From: the human T2T-CHM13v2.0 reference genome, Homo sapiens
Reading direction: 5' to 3' (one strand)
DNA: 64,000 nucleotides
Assembly (NCBI RefSeq): GCF_009914755.1
Contig: NC_060926.1
How positions within the stretch are numbered: the first letter of the stretch is position 1; each line of letters starts with the position of its first letter. Below the pieces are notes generated by a model. The model did no database searches and was not told where the DNA came from. It saw only the letters and a list, made by a program, of their open reading frames with translations. A program made the translations under genes and the position numbers. Below are positions 1 through 64,000 of the stretch, one piece after another.

Positions 1-550
1 GCCTAAATCCAAGGTCATAGATATTTATGCCTTTTTTTAAAAAAGAGTTTTAGACTTTTAACTTTTACATTTGGATCTTTTCATCCATTTTGAGAGGAGT
101 TTTGGATATGATGTGAGATAGGGATCTAACTTCATTCTTCTGCATGTGGATATCCAGTTGTAACATTTATTGAAAAGGGTATTGTGGCCGGGCGCGGTGG
201 CTCACGCCTGTAATCCCAACACTTTGGGAGGCCGAGGCAGGCAGATCACGAGGTCAGGAGATCGAGAACATCCTGGCTAACACAGTGAAATCCCATCTCT
301 ACTAAAAATACAAAAAATTAGCCAGGCGTGGTGGTGGGCACCTGTAGTCCCAGCTACTCAGGAGGCTGAGGTAGGAAAATGGTGTGAACCTGGGAGGCGG
401 AGCTTGCAGTGAGCCAAGATTGCGCCACCGCACTCCAGCCTGGGCAACAGAACAAGACTCCGTCTAAAAAAAAAAAAAAAAAAAGAAAGAAAGAAAAAGA
501 GTATTCTTTCCCCCATCAAATTGTCTTGGCACTCTTATTAAAATCTGCCT
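1..550 (-). mobile_element. L1 ORF2-region fragment split by an AluY
   Basis: TTCATTCTTCTGCATGTGGATATCCAGTT motif. Confidence 0.7.
186..484 (+). mobile_element. AluY
   Basis: Full dimer with A tail. Confidence 0.9.
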
Positions 551-654
551 TATTTTTTTTTATGAAAGGAAATCCTAAGATCACCACTTGAGTAAAGTTT
601 CCAATATGAAAGAAAGGATCAAAATAAATGACAACAATAACCTATGAAAAAGCC

Positions 655-786
655 CTTTGGGAGGCCGAGGTGGGTGAATCACTTAAGATCAGGAGTTCCT
701 GACGAGCCTGGCCAACATGGTGAAACCCCATCTCTACTGAAAATACAAAAATTAGCCAGGCATGGTGTCGCACACCTGTAATCCTA
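655..786 (+). mobile_element. Alu fragment
   Basis: Partial left arm. Confidence 0.8.
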
Positions 787-1869
787 GAACATTATAATAA
801 ATGCACATTCTATACAGAAATACACACGTATATGAAATGATATATGCAAGTGGTCACATATTGCAGCAATGATTTTAACTACAAAAAGCTGCAAACAACT
901 TTAATGCCCATCACATTGATAGGGGCTAATTATAAATTGTTATATCCATACTTTTAAGTTCTATGCAGGAAATCTCTAATGTCCTGATATGAAGAGCTCA
1001 CCAAGATAAATTTGCTACACAAAGAAGCAAAATAACAGGTTTCTCTACTGTGAATCTGTGACGTGTTTATTTTAGTATCCACAAATGGCTTCTCATTCTG
1101 ATTTTATATTTTTCCTCATAGAAAATATACGTTTTACAGTTACACAACTAAAGAAGTATTTTGTGTCTTTATGACATTTATATCATAAAAACAAATGTTT
1201 TAATTCATTAGTAGCTAATGTCTAGCCAGCCTTCAACTATAGCAATTAACACTGTTAGTGAAACTGGCTAAACCAAAGGGCAATTGGTGATAAAGAATCT
1301 GTCACCACTTAGGAATGTGGGCATGGTTTGTTAAGAAGGTTGAGAGCAAATTAAAGTGGTGCTTAACTTCTGTCAACTCCTGTCTTGCTTAATTTCAAAA
1401 TTCTGTGTCTACAGTGATAGAGCAACTGTTTCCCAAGAACACTGTTTTTATCCCTATCTCTAAAAAGGATGTATAACAGATGTATTCTGTAATCTGCTGT
1501 TACTGTCAAGAAGAGTGAAAAAGGTGTTGGTGCTTGCATTTAATTTTGCTCATTCATAAGTAAATTATCTGAAAGGATAATAAAAACTCAGAGAAATATA
1601 ACAGAAAATATAACAGGAAAACAAAATGAATAGTAGGATATAAAAGTAGGATAGAAAAGGTATGCAGTATTGACATATTATTAGAAATAGAAGACACAGC
1701 TAAAAGAGTTCAAAGGTATCTTTGTGGAGGGGAACAGAGGGACTGATTTTTTTCTAATATAAACTTGCCTTTTGGTAATATTTGACTTTTGAAAGTACAT
1801 GCATGTATTACTTTGATTTAAAAAAAAAAAAAAGAAAAAAAAGAAAAGCTAATATATACTGAGAAGGTG

Positions 1870-2370
1870 TCAAGCAGTGTTCTCAGCATTTTACATTTGT
1901 TAAATAATTTAATCTTCCCAACAAGCTTATAAAGTAGGTACTACCTTACCCCTTTTTAAAACAAGAAAGTCGGCCGGGCATGGTGGCTAACACCTGTTAA
2001 TCCTAACACTGTGGGAAGCTGAGCAGGACTGCTTGAGACCAGCAGTCTGAGACCAGCCTGGGCAACATGGCAAAAACCCATCTCTACCAAAAATAGAAAA
2101 ATTAGCCAGGCATAGTGGCATGCGCCAGCACTCCCAGCTACTCGGGAGGCTGAGGTGGGAGGATCAGTTGAGCCCAGGAGGTGGCGGAGGCAGTGAGCTG
2201 TGATCACACCACTGCACTCCAGGCTGGGTGACAGAGTGAGACTCTGTAACAACAACGACGACGACGACGACGAAGCAGGAAGGCAGGGAGCTTAAGGCCC
2301 AGAGAGATTAAATAACTTATACAAGGTGATACAGCTACAAAGAGGCAGAGCCAAGGTTTGAACCCAAACA
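1870..2370. mobile_element. MIR split by an AluJ
   Basis: TTTAATCTTCCCAACAA ... GGCAGAGCCAAGGTTTGAACCCA. Confidence 0.65.
1972..2247 (+). mobile_element. AluJ
   Basis: Dimer; tail converted to (AAC)(GAC). Confidence 0.85.
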
Positions 2371-2393
2371 ATACAACCCTATGGCAAATATTC

Positions 2394-2666
2394 TTTTTTG
2401 AGCAGGGTCTCATTCTCTTGTTTAGGCTGGAGTGCAGTGGCAAGATCATGGCTCACTGAAGCCTCCACCTCTCAGGCTCAAACCATTCTCCTGCCTGACT
2501 CTTGAGTAGCTGGGACCACAGGTGTGTGCCACCACACCCAGCTAATTTTTTAATACTTTTTGTAGAGATGGGGTCTCACCTTGTTGCCCAGACTGGTCTT
2601 GGACTCCTGCGCTCAAGCGATCCTCCTGCCTTGGCCTCCCACAGTGCTAGGATACTGTGCCCAGCC
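2394..2666 (-). mobile_element. AluJ
   Basis: Reverse Alu. Confidence 0.85.
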
Positions 2667-3450
2667 CAAACATTCTTAATGTAGTGTCACAATATTACTC
2701 TAAATTGTCCCATCATAAAGTTGAAAACTAATTTTAAAATTTTCCAGTTGAAAAACATAAAATATGTTTCAAATACCGAATACCATGAAAATGCTATTGT
2801 CAAGAGCCTATCTCACTATACTACTGAATGAAAATTCTACATTTTTGTAAAATAAACTCAGACTTATATTTTGTGTTCCAAACAAGATGCATTCCTTTAA
2901 TTAGGTATGTACTACCACGGTGTTTCTGCTTGTCTTTCTACCTTTATACAATAGTTGTCCCCTATTTATGCCTTTTTATTTTAAGCCACTCCTTTTTGGG
3001 GAAAAAGGATGATTTCATATAACATATGAACAAGAAAAATGTTTCATATAAAATTTAAACTTGTTTATAAAAAAAGTAACCAAGGGAAATACATTTGTTA
3101 TAAGAACAACAGAAAGTCTAATATCCTTAACTAAAGATTCATCGACAATAATATAATCCAATTTGCAGAGAAGAGCAGATTCAAAAGGCTAATATTTAGC
3201 CTTACTACTAATAGAGTATACACGATTGGAAATGAGATATTATATACTGTCTCCCCTACCTAACTGGCAAATACTAAAAATAATTATAGCACTGGCAAAG
3301 CTGCAATTGGCCACGCACACTCATACACAGTTTATGGTAACATAAACTGGCACAGACTTTATGAAGATGAATTTGACCGTATGTGTGAAGACGTTCTACT
3401 ACTAAACTATCCAAGAAAATAATTTAAAATGCAGTAACACTAAGTAGTCA

Positions 3451-62850
<59,400 letters not shown>

Positions 62851-62969
62851 CTACGGCGGCCGACAAGTCCCATGAGCAGCACCTCCGCTTCTGCACGCGC
62901 TTCCCAGGCCGGAATGCTCGGCGCTCTCGCGAGGAGGGGTACCCGACTGGGGCGGGAGTACTTCGGCGA

Positions 62970-63011
62970 GACTTCCTCCTCTTTCGGCCCGACTTCCTCC
63001 TCTTTCGGCCC
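62970..63011. repeat. Perfect 21-bp tandem duplication in the promoter
   Basis: GACTTCCTCCTCTTTCGGCCC x2. Confidence 0.95.
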
Positions 63012-63815
63012 CGCCTCTTGGCGCGGGGTCGCAATTGGGCGGGAGGTTCTCGCGATCTCCCCGTCCACGCCTGCGCCGCGAGAGGCCGCTAGGTGGAAGG
63101 GGACTTCGGTTCCGCACGTCGTCATGTTGTTGGATGGCACCAGTATGTGACGTTCCTAGGAACTCAGCTCTGAGGAAAAAACAAAGCAAACCGGGAAGTA
63201 CGTAGCCTTGAACCGGAGTAACCAGGGACAGAAAGGAAGGAAAAGGGTTTCATACCTTCACGGAACGACGCTCACTTCGTCCGCCTGAGGAGGAAAAATA
63301 AACCTTTCTGTGAAAAAGAACGTGGAGCCCTTTCTGCCGAATGGAAACCCGCTAAACCCCGTTATGGAGTCTGCTACAATTAAGCATCTAACCAGGAATT
63401 GTCTATGGACACAACTCTCCAGGCAATTCATGCAGAAAGTGTGTTGACGATTTCCTGTTTCTTGCAGAGCGCTTCACCGTTAAGGCTCTTAGTAGCTGGC
63501 GATTGTAAAGCACATTTTCCGCTTCATGAAAATACAGTGCTCTTCTTGTGTTTGTAACCTTGGAAAGTAAGTCTGCTATGATAAGTTTAGGGAAGTGGCG
63601 GGGAGCTACTTTCCTAACATATCTGTGATTGTTTTGATACTTCTCAGTTTCTCGCGGGCATTTCCTGCGTTCTCTATAGGGCTCTCTTGCACTGAATAAG
63701 GAAAGGAGGAATTCTCTCTGCATTGAGGCTATTATCGCACATTGTGCGGTGGATATAGTCACGCGCTGGGTCGTAGTAGCGTGTCGTTTATTTCAGTCCA
63801 GCTCACTCTTGGTAG

Positions 63816-63998
<183 letters not shown>

Positions 63999-64000
63999 AA

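Overview
Primate (almost certainly human) genomic DNA carrying nearly all of PPP4R3B (SMEK2, PP4 regulatory subunit 3B) on the minus strand. It runs from the CpG-island promoter and ATG at 62475 through 16 coding exons to 3963. The exons splice in frame to 2454 nt (818 aa); the last exon and stop codon lie left of the window. The introns hold about 50 Alus, a full-length MSTA-type MaLR element, a solo LTR13 with perfect TSDs, MER75, hAT-Charlie, MER21/MER77-type LTRs, L1/L2/MIR fragments and an antisense SNORA12-like H/ACA snoRNA copy. I see no novel multi-gene system; nearly all other ORFs in the track are Alu, LTR or AT-rich artefacts. Most notable observations: (1) cassette exon 10 appears exonised from an antisense L1ME 3' end. 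(2) Exon 6 lies beside a long fold-back inverted-repeat element and a decayed duplicate of its own donor region. (3) The 5' leader has three uORFs, one reading a GCC repeat as poly-Ala. (4) Intron 2 is GC-AG. (5) There is a triple AP-1 cluster in intron 4. Gene and repeat family names come from recognition, not a database search. Exon boundaries were read base by base; repeat boundaries are approximate unless a TSD is quoted.
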